Assembly: GCA_963667035.1 (NCBI GenBank)
Contig: OY762964.1
Location: 768,001-832,000 of the forward strand
Source of the DNA: Candidatus Cloacimonadales bacterium
GTDB taxonomy: Bacteria > Cloacimonadota > Cloacimonadia > Cloacimonadales > JAFGVF01
Direction: 5' to 3'
Length of the DNA stretch: 64,000 nucleotides
Position numbers and translations under genes: made by a program. This document shows positions 40,301 to 49,606 of this stretch, piece by piece; within the stretch, counting starts at the first letter, position 1, and each line of letters opens with the position of its first letter. The notes under the pieces are model-generated. The model was not told where the DNA came from and searched no databases. It saw only the letters and a list, made by a program, of their open reading frames with translations.

Positions 40301-41530
40301 ACTAAACTCTAATCCATCAATTAGTGATGTATAACTACCGATGCCTGTACCATCATCTGTATAGTTATCATTCAATGTTGGATTGGGATTTGTACTCCAA
40401 CAAACACCTCGTTGGGATACAACTTCGTTGCTATAAGTGATGTTTCCACCTGAACTGGCAGAAGTGTTACTCATCAGTTCGGCTACTGTTGTTTCGACAA
40501 TAGGTGGTCCTGATGAAAGTGTCATGAAGGTGTATTCTTCACCATAACTTGTTACATCAGAGTTCGATGCATAAGCTCTGTAGTAGTATTCAGTATTAGG
40601 GATTAGACCCGTCATGTTTGATGTAAAGACCCCATAACCTGTCCCATCATCAGTATGAGAATCGGCAATAGTTGGGGTTGGGCTAGTACTCCAACAAACA
40701 CCTCTAGAAACACTAGCACTGCTATTTTCAACAATATCTCCACCGGATATCGCTGATGTTTGGTCAATAGAGGAAGCGACAGTGGTAGAGAGAACAGGTG
40801 CAAGTGGAACTGATGAACCAAACCAATCATCGTCATTCATATTATGAAGTGTGAGATTATTTGCTCCTAACGCATCAGAGGCTATAGCCCCTGTACTTTC
40901 ATTGAACTGATAATAGTTTGCTAAACCAAGCTCAGAGCCGTCCAATGTAAAGTACATGTTATCATTAAGTTCTGTTTCTGTGCGAATAGTATCCCAGAAT
41001 CTTAGCTCATCATATCGGCTATCTCCGGCATCATTACCTGAATTACCTCCTGCAAGATAGAATTCAGTACCGGGATCTACCCAGTTTCTATTCGTTTCAC
41101 TATCTCTTAGAATTCCATCAACATACAATGTATAGTCAACCAGAACAGTGTCGTGTTTTTCCCAAGTAACTGCAACATGATACCAATGATAAGTCCCATT
41201 TAAGTTGCTTAAGTCACAACTAACACTTCCATCATCAATGCGAAACCTCATTATCCCATTATCATATATCCACATTTCCCAATCATTTTCTTCAATGTTG
41301 TTGTCAAAAACAGAATTGAAGTTGTAGAAATGTCTTGGGTATAACCAAAATTCTATTGTGCCGGTATCAGGCAAAGTTTTTGTAATGGAAGCAAAGTCAT
41401 TATTCCCATCGAAGACAAGGCAGTTCCCTGCAAAATTGTCGGTTGCAGATAGTGATAAAATTGATATACTAAAAATTGAAAGCAATAAGATAAGCTTTAA
41501 CAAACTAAAATCCTGCATTGTTTTGAACAT
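37304..41530 (-). CDS. Large secreted surface protein (LamG-like, two FN3-like repeats, GLUG-type repeats, PKD domain)
   Basis: Signal peptide; W.HVAVTW/LYVDG/DELRFW (LamG); two GVCWST.P.PT repeats; GGLVG repeats; WDIDNDGTVDY..HIY..PGVYSVSLT (PKD). Confidence 0.85.
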   Translation of the reverse strand: MFKTMQDFSLLKLILLLSIFSISILSLSATDNFAGNCLVFDGNNDFASITKTLPDTGTIEFWLYPRHFYNFNSVFDNNIEENDWEMWIYDNGIMRFRIDDGSVSCDLSNLNGTYHWYHVAVTWEKHDTVLVDYTLYVDGILRDSETNRNWVDPGTEFYLAGGNSGNDAGDSRYDELRFWDTIRTETELNDNMYFTLDGSELGLANYYQFNESTGAIASDALGANNLTLHNMNDDDWFGSSVPLAPVLSTTVASSIDQTSAISGGDIVENSSASVSRGVCWSTSPTPTIADSHTDDGTGYGVFTSNMTGLIPNTEYYYRAYASNSDVTSYGEEYTFMTLSSGPPIVETTVAELMSNTSASSGGNITYSNEVVSQRGVCWSTNPNPTLNDNYTDDGTGIGSYTSLIDGLEFSTEYYYRAYAINSIGIAYGEEMTFSTAPIGDGTQQDPHQISCFEDLMWLSENSNFWDRCFIQTADIDASSTSSLNNGHGLSPIGNETINFTGTYDGQEYIIDGLFMDYRSNNDNSDNIGLFGYASGSEISNLGLTNADVTGSDRTGGLAGYCSDTSISNCYITGEISGNYYTGGLVGYSNNSSSITQCYCYSGSVSGWTTGGLVGKNNNASTISYSYSTLGTISSGLNAGFVGVNSTGSSITSCYTSGAGIYPSDGAGFVVTNENNSSIDNCYNTKVTNGENVAGFALSNTSGSTITNCYTAGSVEGYGDISSFVEYTSSTLISNCFWNGDLTWTNDDSPATELTTAEMQTLSTYINAGWDFIGEEANGTDDVWKFIPGNYPLLAWQASPPIVDFVADEENVTTNQSINFTNLSLDGSENCSWEWDIDNDGTVDYTTEDCSHIYSAPGVYSVSLTATNSLGTDTLVKSGYITVTASLLGSGTTNDPYQISNLDDLLIVCEDDSYWSASFIQTADIDADDTQNWNSNQDFSPIGNSIINFTGAYDGNEKTISNLYISRGNADNIGLFGIVQSATIADLSIKNANITGANYVGGLTGRSHDSIISNCSTDGIVNSNSGNSGGLVGEIFDNSSISNCYSRCNVNGFTYTGGLVGRNSLNSTITNCYSSGTVQGSGNVGGLVGLTSSSSSVTNSFWDIQTSLQNTSDGGIGYSTVEMQTMSTYTNAGWDFINETANGTENIWAISANSYPAFAYNNQAPVITSVYDVPNDQGRHLNVCWQRSSYDGQDSSTSIVSYNLWIQYPFASRGHRVTSSIEEARVSQNTGLRSSQHTISSLNSSDTILLSRDNDLWISVGATSAMGWEQYTMTATTYQDSSATEDNPSTFFVSAHTSTPSVYYCSNEVIGYSLDNIAPDQATNLQIVVNNTTRTNSITLNWDEVTQGTYQGNSYPELNGIWYRIYSADIPNFECSDTTIYGITDENNIDIDTTGYGKLFFKIIVSDFE

Positions 41531-42081
41531 AAATAACTCCTCGTTTCTCAGCCATCTTTCCTCTTAATATTTTGGTCATACGGGTTATGAAGAGGAGTGA
41601 GATCGTTTATTGAAAATAATTAAATAGAGTTAATAATAGTAACTTTTAGTGTCAAGGATAATGCAATTGAATTTATGTGGTAAATTATAATAGTGCAAAA
41701 CCGGGTAAAAAAAGAACACAAACTGTAGTCCGTGTCCTAATCTTATGGTAAAACTGTAACTGTTACCGGCAAGATGCTTGTGCATCATGTATAACGGTTA
41801 ATCGTTTATTGTAACTCAAATCATCAAAACAGCATCTTTAATGATGGTTTTGCTCTTACCAGTTTAAACATCACTTACTGTTATTAGGACAAATCTGTTC
41901 TATTACTTCCATGATTTAAACTTATAGGCTATGTTTGCAAAGCTATACAAGAATCATCTTTACATAATGAAATAGCTTTCTATGCATGTAATCATGAATA
42001 TAGATGAGGTTATTAATTTTATAACTTAATAACCTAATGGCAGTTGCATCTACACAGTTGATGCAGTGAAAAAGGAGAGAT

Positions 42082-42744
42082 ATGAAACCACTAATACTAT
42101 TTGATGTAAATGGAACCCTGATAAAGAGAGATAGCAGAACAGACCTACCATATGAATATGCTGTAAATGAGCTGTTGAGTATAGAGAATGGATTAGAAGG
42201 GGTGAACACATCAGCCCGATCTGATGTGGATGTTCTGATGGAGATACTTGAAAAGAGGGGACTTGAGTATTCTGATGAACTTTGGAAGAAGTTCATGATC
42301 CAGTATATAAAACAATTGGAAGCATATAAAGAAACAGATGTTTGGCGTGAGAATAGTACTGCAATTGAGTTTGTAACCAGACTTGCCAATGCAGGATATC
42401 CTCTTGCTCTCATCACAGGAGAACTAAGTATCGGTGCTGAATATAAACTTAAGAAACTGGGTATCTGGCAATACTTTTCGACAGGAGGTTTTGGCGAGGA
42501 TGGACTTAAGCGGTTCGAGATTGCAGACATGGCAGTAGCTAATGCCGAGGAGCACTTTCAGTGTAAATTCAATAAAATCTTCCTAATCGGGGATACAGTA
42601 TTAGATATCAAGACAGCAAGATATATCGGGGCAAGAGTAATATCAATAGCAACCGGCTCGAATAGTAAGGAAGAACTTGCAGAGTATAATCCTGATTATC
42701 TTATTAATGAATTCAATGAGATATCAATAGATATGTTAGTATGA
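42082..42744 (+). CDS. HAD-superfamily hydrolase
   Basis: LFDVNGTLI, LITG, IGDTVLDI. Confidence 0.88.
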   Translation: MKPLILFDVNGTLIKRDSRTDLPYEYAVNELLSIENGLEGVNTSARSDVDVLMEILEKRGLEYSDELWKKFMIQYIKQLEAYKETDVWRENSTAIEFVTRLANAGYPLALITGELSIGAEYKLKKLGIWQYFSTGGFGEDGLKRFEIADMAVANAEEHFQCKFNKIFLIGDTVLDIKTARYIGARVISIATGSNSKEELAEYNPDYLINEFNEISIDMLV

Positions 42745-42762
42745 AGCATAGTAGGAAGAGAT

Positions 42763-43710
42763 ATGAATAAGAGAATAATTTGTAGAGTAGAACTGATTCC
42801 AAACTATATTTGGTCTATATTGGCAACTGCTGATTTATGGGATACCAAAACTCTCACGAACATCCCCAATTATGATACTCGGGATATGGATATTCTATTC
42901 AAATACAGGGATTTGATAAAATGGGGGAATGGTAGGGTAGGAGCTTTAACAAACCTGCTTTTCTTCCATCCTCTTGCTAAGGGTGAAATGAGCGCCGATG
43001 AATATTTAAATTTTCTTGCAGAGATAAAAGAGGGTTTACTTTATGAAGAGGCGAAAGTACTAAATCTATTAAGGTTTAAGAGTCTTACAAAACAGGGATT
43101 TGATGAGATCAGACCGATTATTATCAAAATTATAGAAGTATTCAAGAGAAACTTACATATTTACATAGATGAAGTATGGGAGTTCCATAAAGAAATTTTA
43201 AATAATAAAAAGCTTGAGATGGACACACTTCTGAATCAAGAAGATATGATAGGGAAGTGGGAGATCTTTCTCGGAGTAAAGTTTCCGGGTGATGTTTTTG
43301 ATATTATACTTAGCTATGACAATAGCAAAATGCCTTCAGCTAATAATCTGAGTCGTACAAGATACAATTTTTACTATAACGATAATCTGGTGAATTTTCT
43401 CCAACATGAAATCGGCACAAATCTTCTGGGAGAATCAATGTCCTCGCTATACGATGATAAGGATATGCTAGATAGTGCTATATTGGACAATAACTTGATA
43501 TGGTTGGCATTTGAGAGTCTGGCAGAATACATTAAAGGGATTCTCTTTTATCAACGGGATGTTTGGGAAGGAGAAATGTTTGGTGGTGGTAAATATAACT
43601 TTGTATGGTTTTTTCAACATTATGAGAAAAGCATAACTATACCTTTAACGGAATCCCCTAGAGCAATAATGAAAAGAGCTGTTTTGTCCTACATAAAGGA
43701 AGGTGTATAG
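42763..43710 (+). CDS. Hypothetical protein
   Basis: 315-aa ORF; degenerate zincin-like HEIGT...ESLAEY. Confidence 0.65.
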   Translation: MNKRIICRVELIPNYIWSILATADLWDTKTLTNIPNYDTRDMDILFKYRDLIKWGNGRVGALTNLLFFHPLAKGEMSADEYLNFLAEIKEGLLYEEAKVLNLLRFKSLTKQGFDEIRPIIIKIIEVFKRNLHIYIDEVWEFHKEILNNKKLEMDTLLNQEDMIGKWEIFLGVKFPGDVFDIILSYDNSKMPSANNLSRTRYNFYYNDNLVNFLQHEIGTNLLGESMSSLYDDKDMLDSAILDNNLIWLAFESLAEYIKGILFYQRDVWEGEMFGGGKYNFVWFFQHYEKSITIPLTESPRAIMKRAVLSYIKEGV

Positions 43711-43788
43711 GAACAAAGCTTTTCTATTGCCGTTATCATTTCATTGATACGTGTGATTTGTACAAATAAAAGTAAGGATTTAGGAAAA

Positions 43789-43812
43789 GTCCTGCCGGAT
43801 AAACCGGCAGGA
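43789..43812. terminator. Hairpin between convergent genes
   Basis: tcctgccgg-ataaa-ccggcagga. Confidence 0.65.
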
Positions 43813-43820
43813 TTTCAAGA

Positions 43821-44297
43821 TTAATTTTCCGGTTCGTTTACGACAATATCCTCTTTAAAGATATTTTGCCATTTAAACACAGGAATATTGTATTTTCTTA
43901 ATTCTTCTCGTTTAGGAATAGAAGTAACAATACCTCTTGCTTCCGCAATAGTCATTGCTCCGAAATAGTTACAGGTCTTCTCGTCAAAAATGATTTCACC
44001 TTTCTCATTGGGAGGAAAGGCTGTATCCATGTTGTCGAGAAAGAAGTTCTGCTGAACTTCGACTTCAAACGCTTCCTGCTCAATCTCTTTACCATTGATA
44101 GTTCCGGTTTCAATTATCTGAGACTTAACGAGTACGGTTACTCTTTTTGTATCAGAGTCTATGTTAAGATTTAAATCAACTTTAACGGAGTTTCCTTTTT
44201 TCTCTGCTCCCACAAACAAATCAGGATTATAGTCTTTATTTTCGATGTAGTTTTTAAGAAACAAATCTTTTGCTTTTACTAGTAATGTCTTACTCAT
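43821..44297 (-). CDS. SecB-like chaperone (tentative)
   Basis: Beta-rich N-terminal half, FEVEVQQNF, 'IAEARGIVTSI....YNIPV' resembling SecB 'R..I...T......LP.' motif; coupled to an XRE HTH gene. Confidence 0.55.
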   Translation of the reverse strand: MSKTLLVKAKDLFLKNYIENKDYNPDLFVGAEKKGNSVKVDLNLNIDSDTKRVTVLVKSQIIETGTINGKEIEQEAFEVEVQQNFFLDNMDTAFPPNEKGEIIFDEKTCNYFGAMTIAEARGIVTSIPKREELRKYNIPVFKWQNIFKEDIVVNEPEN

Positions 44298-44299
44298 AA

Positions 44300-44623
44300 C
44301 TATTCCTTTTCCTTTATTTCAAAGGAGTAACTAGCCTTGTTCTGCCTTTTATATTCTCCGAAGCAGAAATCAATCTTGATTTGTAACGCTGTTGCTATTT
44401 CAGAGATCTTTTGCAGACTCAAGTTGTTTTCAGTGTTTAACAGCTTACTAATTGCTGAACGAGAAATGCCCATTCTCATCGCAAGCTGAGATTTACTCAT
44501 CTTTTTAGCTTTCAATCTTCTCTCAACTTCTGCAAGAAAGCAACTTTGCAGGTTGTTGAAAACATCCTCGGATGTGATAGTCTCTCCAAAGAGGACTTCA
44601 GGTAGTACTACTTTCTTTTTCAT
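44300..44623 (-). CDS. XRE-family HTH protein (HigA-like antitoxin)
   Basis: MSKSQLAMRMGISRSAISKLLNTENNLSLQKISEIATAL. Confidence 0.85.
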   Translation of the reverse strand: MKKKVVLPEVLFGETITSEDVFNNLQSCFLAEVERRLKAKKMSKSQLAMRMGISRSAISKLLNTENNLSLQKISEIATALQIKIDFCFGEYKRQNKASYSFEIKEKE

Positions 44624-44868
44624 GAGTATAATTTCTCTGATTGTATACAAAAGTCAAATGTAATGTAATATTGTGGAGTTATAGGTTTGCAGTTTTATGT
44701 TTATGCACTTTCATTGCTCTATCTTAATAATCGATAGAAATCGAAGCGATTCTTCAGAGTCTCTTGAGCAACCCCTGTTCAAATTAACAAGAGACAGGGA
44801 ACAAAGTGACCTGTTATTAAGTTGCTTTGATTATTTATTATGATAGAGCAGTGAAAAAGAAAAGATAG

Positions 44869-45726
44869 TTAAATATTCTGCCGATTATTAAATCTGAAGA
44901 TAAATATGGAAGTGATTATGACTAATCCTGAGCCAATCAGACTCAGAGTGTCCGGAATCTCCTTCCAAATTGTCAAACCTAATATGGCCGCGAATATTAT
45001 ATTGGAATAGTTATAAATAGAAACTTCAGAGGCTTTTGCATACTTGTAGGCATAGGTAAGACCAAACTGTCCAGCGGCAGCAAATATTCCGATTGCTATT
45101 AGAGAAAGGAATTCATTAAGACTTGGCATAACGAAATGAAAGGCAATAATCGGCAATAGAATCAGTACTGATATGAATGAGAAATAAAACACAATAGTTT
45201 TTGGTTTCTCTCCTTGATTACCTAAATATCTAACAGTTGTGTAAGCAGCTCCGGCACATATAGCCGAGAGAAAACCAGATAATGAAGGTATAACCGATAA
45301 ATCAAAACGTGGTTTGATTATCAGCATTGCAGAAAGGAATACGATTACCAATGCAATAATCTGTGGTTTATAGATTTTTTCTTTCAAGAAAACAAAGGCA
45401 AAAAGTGTGACAAAAAATGGCGACAGCTTGTTTAACATAGCTGAATCAGCCAGATTAAGATTGCTTATAGCGAAGAAATAGAGAAATACTCCCGATAAAC
45501 CTAGTAATGATCTCAAAATAAGGTACTTCCTGTTTCCCGGATTACCAAAGAAGCTTCCGGATGCTTTCCTAAACATAAAGAAAGTAACAATTAGGCTTAC
45601 TAGATTTCTAAAGAACACCTTTTCTAAAACCGGAATCCCCGAAAGATGCTTAACAAATACTGACATCAATGCAAATGATAGAGATGACAGAAGAATAAAT
45701 ATTACTGAACGTGTTTTGTTTGTCAT
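44869..45726 (-). CDS. DMT/EamA family transporter
   Basis: About 10 TM helices, VFFR, LRSLLG, SPFFVTLFA..FLKE. Confidence 0.92.
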   Translation of the reverse strand: MTNKTRSVIFILLSSLSFALMSVFVKHLSGIPVLEKVFFRNLVSLIVTFFMFRKASGSFFGNPGNRKYLILRSLLGLSGVFLYFFAISNLNLADSAMLNKLSPFFVTLFAFVFLKEKIYKPQIIALVIVFLSAMLIIKPRFDLSVIPSLSGFLSAICAGAAYTTVRYLGNQGEKPKTIVFYFSFISVLILLPIIAFHFVMPSLNEFLSLIAIGIFAAAGQFGLTYAYKYAKASEVSIYNYSNIIFAAILGLTIWKEIPDTLSLIGSGLVIITSIFIFRFNNRQNI

Positions 45727-45844
45727 GTTGTTAGGTGAATTGTGACAGAGAATCGGTCAATCGAAATGTAGTTTGATTTTCTTCATAATGCTTCAACTAC
45801 AAATATAATTGACATTAATCTTGTTTAATAATTCTGCTCATCAA

Positions 45845-47092
45845 ATGAGAATCAATGAACTTAATCCCATAGAAAAAAAGACCTTCTATTTATTACTAAT
45901 CGGAACTTTCTTTGCAGGTTTCATAATTAGTGTTGGAAGCATTCAGGATATTGTTGTTAAGAAAGCTCTTAACGCAGAGAATTGGCAATTGGCTGTTCTA
46001 ACAATGATATGGCCGGTTTCCAATATGTTCTCTATCTGGTGGGGAAAGTTTATTGAAAGAGCAGATTCATTGCGAAATTTCTTCATTTTTGCCGGTTTCT
46101 TTGGCAGAATAGCTATGCTACTCATATTCTATATTACAAATGTTAATCAGTTTATACTAATACTATTCCTAATGCACTCGGCAAACTCCATTATTGTCCC
46201 TGGAACAAGCAAAATATACCAATCTAATATCAGAAAGGAAGTGAGAGGAAAGCTTTACGGTTTTACTATGAGCTTACGTACGTTTATACTTCTTGTGTTA
46301 TCATACATCATCGGAAGACTGTTGGATTGGAATGAAGACCTTTTCAGATTAATAATAGCTGTTTGTGCAATAAGTGGGTTTGTGAACTGTATGATTCTTT
46401 CATCAATTAAGCTTGAGAAGAAACCTTCTAATAAACCAAAGGAAAGAGTACATCTGTTATCTCCTTTAATCAGAACCGTTGAGATTCTTAAAACAAACAA
46501 ACCCTTTGCCCATTTCCAGCGTAACTTTACGTTTTACGGTATGGGCTTTATAATGATGCAACCTGCACTTCCTATTTATCTGGTTGAAAAATTGCAGCTA
46601 TCTTATACTCAAAACTTTGTTGGTAAGATTATTATTGCTAATATAGGGCTTATGTTCTTATCCCCGCTCCTTGGTAGTAAACATGATTCATTCCATCCTT
46701 TCAAGTTTACTGCTATGGCATTTGGTGTTTTAATCCTTTATCCGGTTAGTATTCTCATTTCAGGTTACTTTGCACCTTCTACAATTGCAGTTAGTATAGC
46801 TTTTGTTGGATTCTTTGTATTCAGCATTGCCATGTCAGGGATAAATATGGCATGGAATATGAGCTCAATCCACTTTGCCGGAGACGATGACAGTTCCATG
46901 TATCAGAGTGTACATGTTACAGTGACAGCTTTTAGAGGTATTTTAGCCCCTCTATTGAGTTTGTTTTTAATTAATTACTTTGGTGTTATGACAGTGTTTA
47001 TGGTTGCAATAGGCTTTCTTATAATAGCCTCAATGTTAAGCTTTATGGATTATAGAGCTGTAAAATCAGGTAAGTTAGTAATAAAGGCATAA
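45845..47092 (+). CDS. MFS transporter
   Basis: About 12 TM helices, 'RGKLYG', 'GRLLD'; ATG at 45845 preferred. Confidence 0.85.
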   Translation: MRINELNPIEKKTFYLLLIGTFFAGFIISVGSIQDIVVKKALNAENWQLAVLTMIWPVSNMFSIWWGKFIERADSLRNFFIFAGFFGRIAMLLIFYITNVNQFILILFLMHSANSIIVPGTSKIYQSNIRKEVRGKLYGFTMSLRTFILLVLSYIIGRLLDWNEDLFRLIIAVCAISGFVNCMILSSIKLEKKPSNKPKERVHLLSPLIRTVEILKTNKPFAHFQRNFTFYGMGFIMMQPALPIYLVEKLQLSYTQNFVGKIIIANIGLMFLSPLLGSKHDSFHPFKFTAMAFGVLILYPVSILISGYFAPSTIAVSIAFVGFFVFSIAMSGINMAWNMSSIHFAGDDDSSMYQSVHVTVTAFRGILAPLLSLFLINYFGVMTVFMVAIGFLIIASMLSFMDYRAVKSGKLVIKA

Positions 47093-47094
47093 TA

Positions 47095-47610
47095 ATGAAG
47101 ATTTGGGTGAGAGGAGTAAGTTGCTCAGGTAAGACAACTTTGGCAGGAAGACTTGGTAGAGAACTTAAAATACCGCATATTGAGCTAGATGAGCTATTCT
47201 GGTTACCTGATTGGAAACAAAGGGATAGGGAAGAGTTTAAAGAGCTTGTTAAAGAGAAATTAGCAATTCCTCATTGGGTAATAGATGGTAATTACACCTC
47301 GATCGAAGAAACTGTAACAGATAAATGTGATTACATTATCTGGTTGAATTATCCTTTACACAAAGTTCTTTGGAGATCTATATACAGAACATTCAACAGA
47401 ATAGTAAAGAAAGAGAAAGTATGTAATGGTAATTTAGAAACTTGGAAATTATTTATGACTAAAGAGGGTAATATGATTTTCTGGGTACTAAGTACATACA
47501 GAAAAAGACAAATTCAACTCAAACAAGCAAAACAAGACTATACAAATATCATTGAAATCAGAAAAGAAAGTGACATAGATAAACTGATTCAATCATTGCA
47601 AAAGAATTAG
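47095..47610 (+). CDS. Adenylate kinase-like / FlaR-like P-loop protein
   Basis: GVSCSGKTT, IELDELFW.PDW, WVIDGNY. Confidence 0.85.
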   Translation: MKIWVRGVSCSGKTTLAGRLGRELKIPHIELDELFWLPDWKQRDREEFKELVKEKLAIPHWVIDGNYTSIEETVTDKCDYIIWLNYPLHKVLWRSIYRTFNRIVKKEKVCNGNLETWKLFMTKEGNMIFWVLSTYRKRQIQLKQAKQDYTNIIEIRKESDIDKLIQSLQKN

Positions 47611-47634
47611 CTACCTTATCTGTTTCGAATAGTT

Positions 47635-48033
47635 TTATTCCTGTTTAGTAGTCACAATTATCTTATCCAGTCCGCTTTGTTTAATCATATCCATTGCTTG
47701 AATCACAATACCGTAATCGGTAGATTTATCAGCTTTTAAAGTGACTGATTGAGTAGAGTCCTGTCCGGCAAATTCCGCTAAAGCGGAAGAGAGAGCTTGC
47801 AAGTCGGTATTTTTACCGTTTAGCTGGATTGTTCCTGTTTTATCAATAGTAACTTCCAGTTTGTCTACTTCAACATTACTAAAGCCTTCGGTTTCCGGTA
47901 ACTCAAGTTCCATACCGGGTTGCTCTGAGAACGTTGTTGTTAACATAAAGAAAATGAGCAATAAAAGAACAACATCAATTAGAGAAGTTATACTGATAAC
48001 TACGTTTCTCTTCTTCTTTGACATTAACTGCAT
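47635..48033 (-). CDS. exbD: ExbD/TolR family protein
   Basis: ITSLIDVVLLLLIFFML, LKADK...YG.VI..MD. Confidence 0.92.
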   Translation of the reverse strand: MQLMSKKKRNVVISITSLIDVVLLLLIFFMLTTTFSEQPGMELELPETEGFSNVEVDKLEVTIDKTGTIQLNGKNTDLQALSSALAEFAGQDSTQSVTLKADKSTDYGIVIQAMDMIKQSGLDKIIVTTKQE

Positions 48034-48657
48034 TTAGCTGTCCTCATTGATTTTGTGAAGCTTTTGCATGAGAAGGTTGGCTGTCTTCTCCATATCTAAG
48101 ATTATATCTTCTGATTTAGAAGTGAAGTAGTTATAAAAAACAAGTGAAGGTATTCCAACCGTAAGTCCTATAGCAGTCGATAAAAGTGCTTCACTAATAC
48201 CTCCTGAAAGAGAAGAGGCTTCTCCGACTCCATTCAAAGAAATCATTTTGAATACTTTAATCATACCAATAACAGTTCCTAACAGACCGAGTAGTGGTGA
48301 TACTGCAGCAACTGTTTCTAATAATACCAAACCCTTTTCAAGTTTTCTCATCTCTTGGCGACCCTGATCTGAGAAAGCTTCTTTGATGATATCAAGAGGT
48401 TGACTAGATATATTAAGTCCGGAGAGCATTAGGTTTGCAAATGAACCTGGATGGCTGTTGCATACAGCTATTGCTTCTGTAATATCCTCTTTTTTGATGA
48501 TTCTACCAATAGCAAAATTAATCTCTGACTTTATGATTTTCTTTTTTCTTAGATTAACAAGTTTCTCAATTATCACAGCTACTGCAACAATGGAGAAAAG
48601 GATTAATGGATAAACTGTTATACCACTTTGTTTAATAGTGCTAATTACTTCTTGCAT
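48034..48657 (-). CDS. exbB: ExbB/TolQ/MotA proton channel
   Basis: SPLLGLLGTVIGMI, GGISEALLSTAIGL.VGIP. Confidence 0.92.
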   Translation of the reverse strand: MQEVISTIKQSGITVYPLILFSIVAVAVIIEKLVNLRKKKIIKSEINFAIGRIIKKEDITEAIAVCNSHPGSFANLMLSGLNISSQPLDIIKEAFSDQGRQEMRKLEKGLVLLETVAAVSPLLGLLGTVIGMIKVFKMISLNGVGEASSLSGGISEALLSTAIGLTVGIPSLVFYNYFTSKSEDIILDMEKTANLLMQKLHKINEDS

Positions 48658-49483
48658 TATGACCTCTTTGAATGATGTAGTTAAAGAATCCGGTTATTTC
48701 TAAATAATCTTCCGGAAAGTTTTCCGGTAGTTTCATAAACGGGAATGAATATCTGATAGCTCTAAGGCTTGTTTCGTCAAGGGTTTCATGAGTAGTTGAA
48801 TCTAACAATTGAACGCTTTCGAGTTTACCAGACTTATTGATTCTAAACTTTATGATGTTCTGTCCTTCTCCAATTCCCATTCTTGTAAATGACATGGGTG
48901 GACGGATATTGTTTTGTATCCTGTCTCTTAAAGCCAACATGTAAGGAGCATAGTCCCAGTTATAGGTGTTAAGAGCAAACCCACCTCTTCTATATGCCGA
49001 CTTGTTTAAATCTTTTACGGTTTCAGGAACCTTTTCTTGTTCCATTCTATGTTTATTCTCTTGGAATTGCTCCCAGAATTCCATAGCTGTAGGGTTAAAA
49101 GTATTGCCGGTTTCTTCCATCTCACTCTTCTGTTGTGTTCGAGGTAGCTCCATAGAGTAATCTTTATTCTCCGGAGACAATTCTTGGGGTGGTTGAGGAT
49201 TCCCCTCCGGCAGACTTAAGTCCGGATGCTCTTGAGAAGCTAGTGAGTTTCTATCTGATTCAAAAGCATCTTCTGCAGGAGTATCAGTTTCCTTCTGATT
49301 GGATTTAACAAGCTTAAACTCAAGTTTAGGTGGATTCTTTGAATTTGAACGAAGTTCATGCGGTTTATCAATTATCGGTTGCAACAGAGGAATCATCATG
49401 AATAAGATAATATGCAGGAGTATGGATATAATTACAAATATCCAGAACTTGTGTTCATTCTTAATTGATGATAAACTACTCAT
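48641..49483 (-). CDS. TonB/TolA family energy transducer
   Basis: TM SILLH motif, Pro-rich linker, TonB_C-like FRINKSG...S....LD. Confidence 0.85.
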   Translation of the reverse strand: MSSLSSIKNEHKFWIFVIISILLHIILFMMIPLLQPIIDKPHELRSNSKNPPKLEFKLVKSNQKETDTPAEDAFESDRNSLASQEHPDLSLPEGNPQPPQELSPENKDYSMELPRTQQKSEMEETGNTFNPTAMEFWEQFQENKHRMEQEKVPETVKDLNKSAYRRGGFALNTYNWDYAPYMLALRDRIQNNIRPPMSFTRMGIGEGQNIIKFRINKSGKLESVQLLDSTTHETLDETSLRAIRYSFPFMKLPENFPEDYLEITGFFNYIIQRGHNARSN

Positions 49484-49561
49484 ATACTCCTGTTCTCGAA
49501 TTACTCTTTAATATTAATACAAACCAAATGAATGATTACGGCATAATTTTGTATATACAAC

Positions 49562-49590
49562 AAAAAGCCCACCTAAAAGGCAGGCTTTAA
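49562..49590 (-). terminator. Terminator after pfk
   Basis: aaaaagcccacct-aaa-aggcaggcttt imperfect hairpin. Confidence 0.5.
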
Positions 49591-49606
49591 GCTATTAATA
49601 TAATAT

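Noticed and set aside
37304..41530. Diversity-generating retroelement target suggested by internal repeats
   Set aside because: Repeats are in-frame protein domain duplications; no reverse transcriptase or adenine-specific TR/VR pair seen
41943..42530. 195-aa minus-strand ORF
   Set aside because: Antisense to the HAD hydrolase with no recognisable motifs; the same applies to other short antisense ORFs such as 24891..25427 and 51224..51574
42763..43710. Zinc metalloprotease
   Set aside because: HEIGT lacks the second His of HExxH; left as hypothetical
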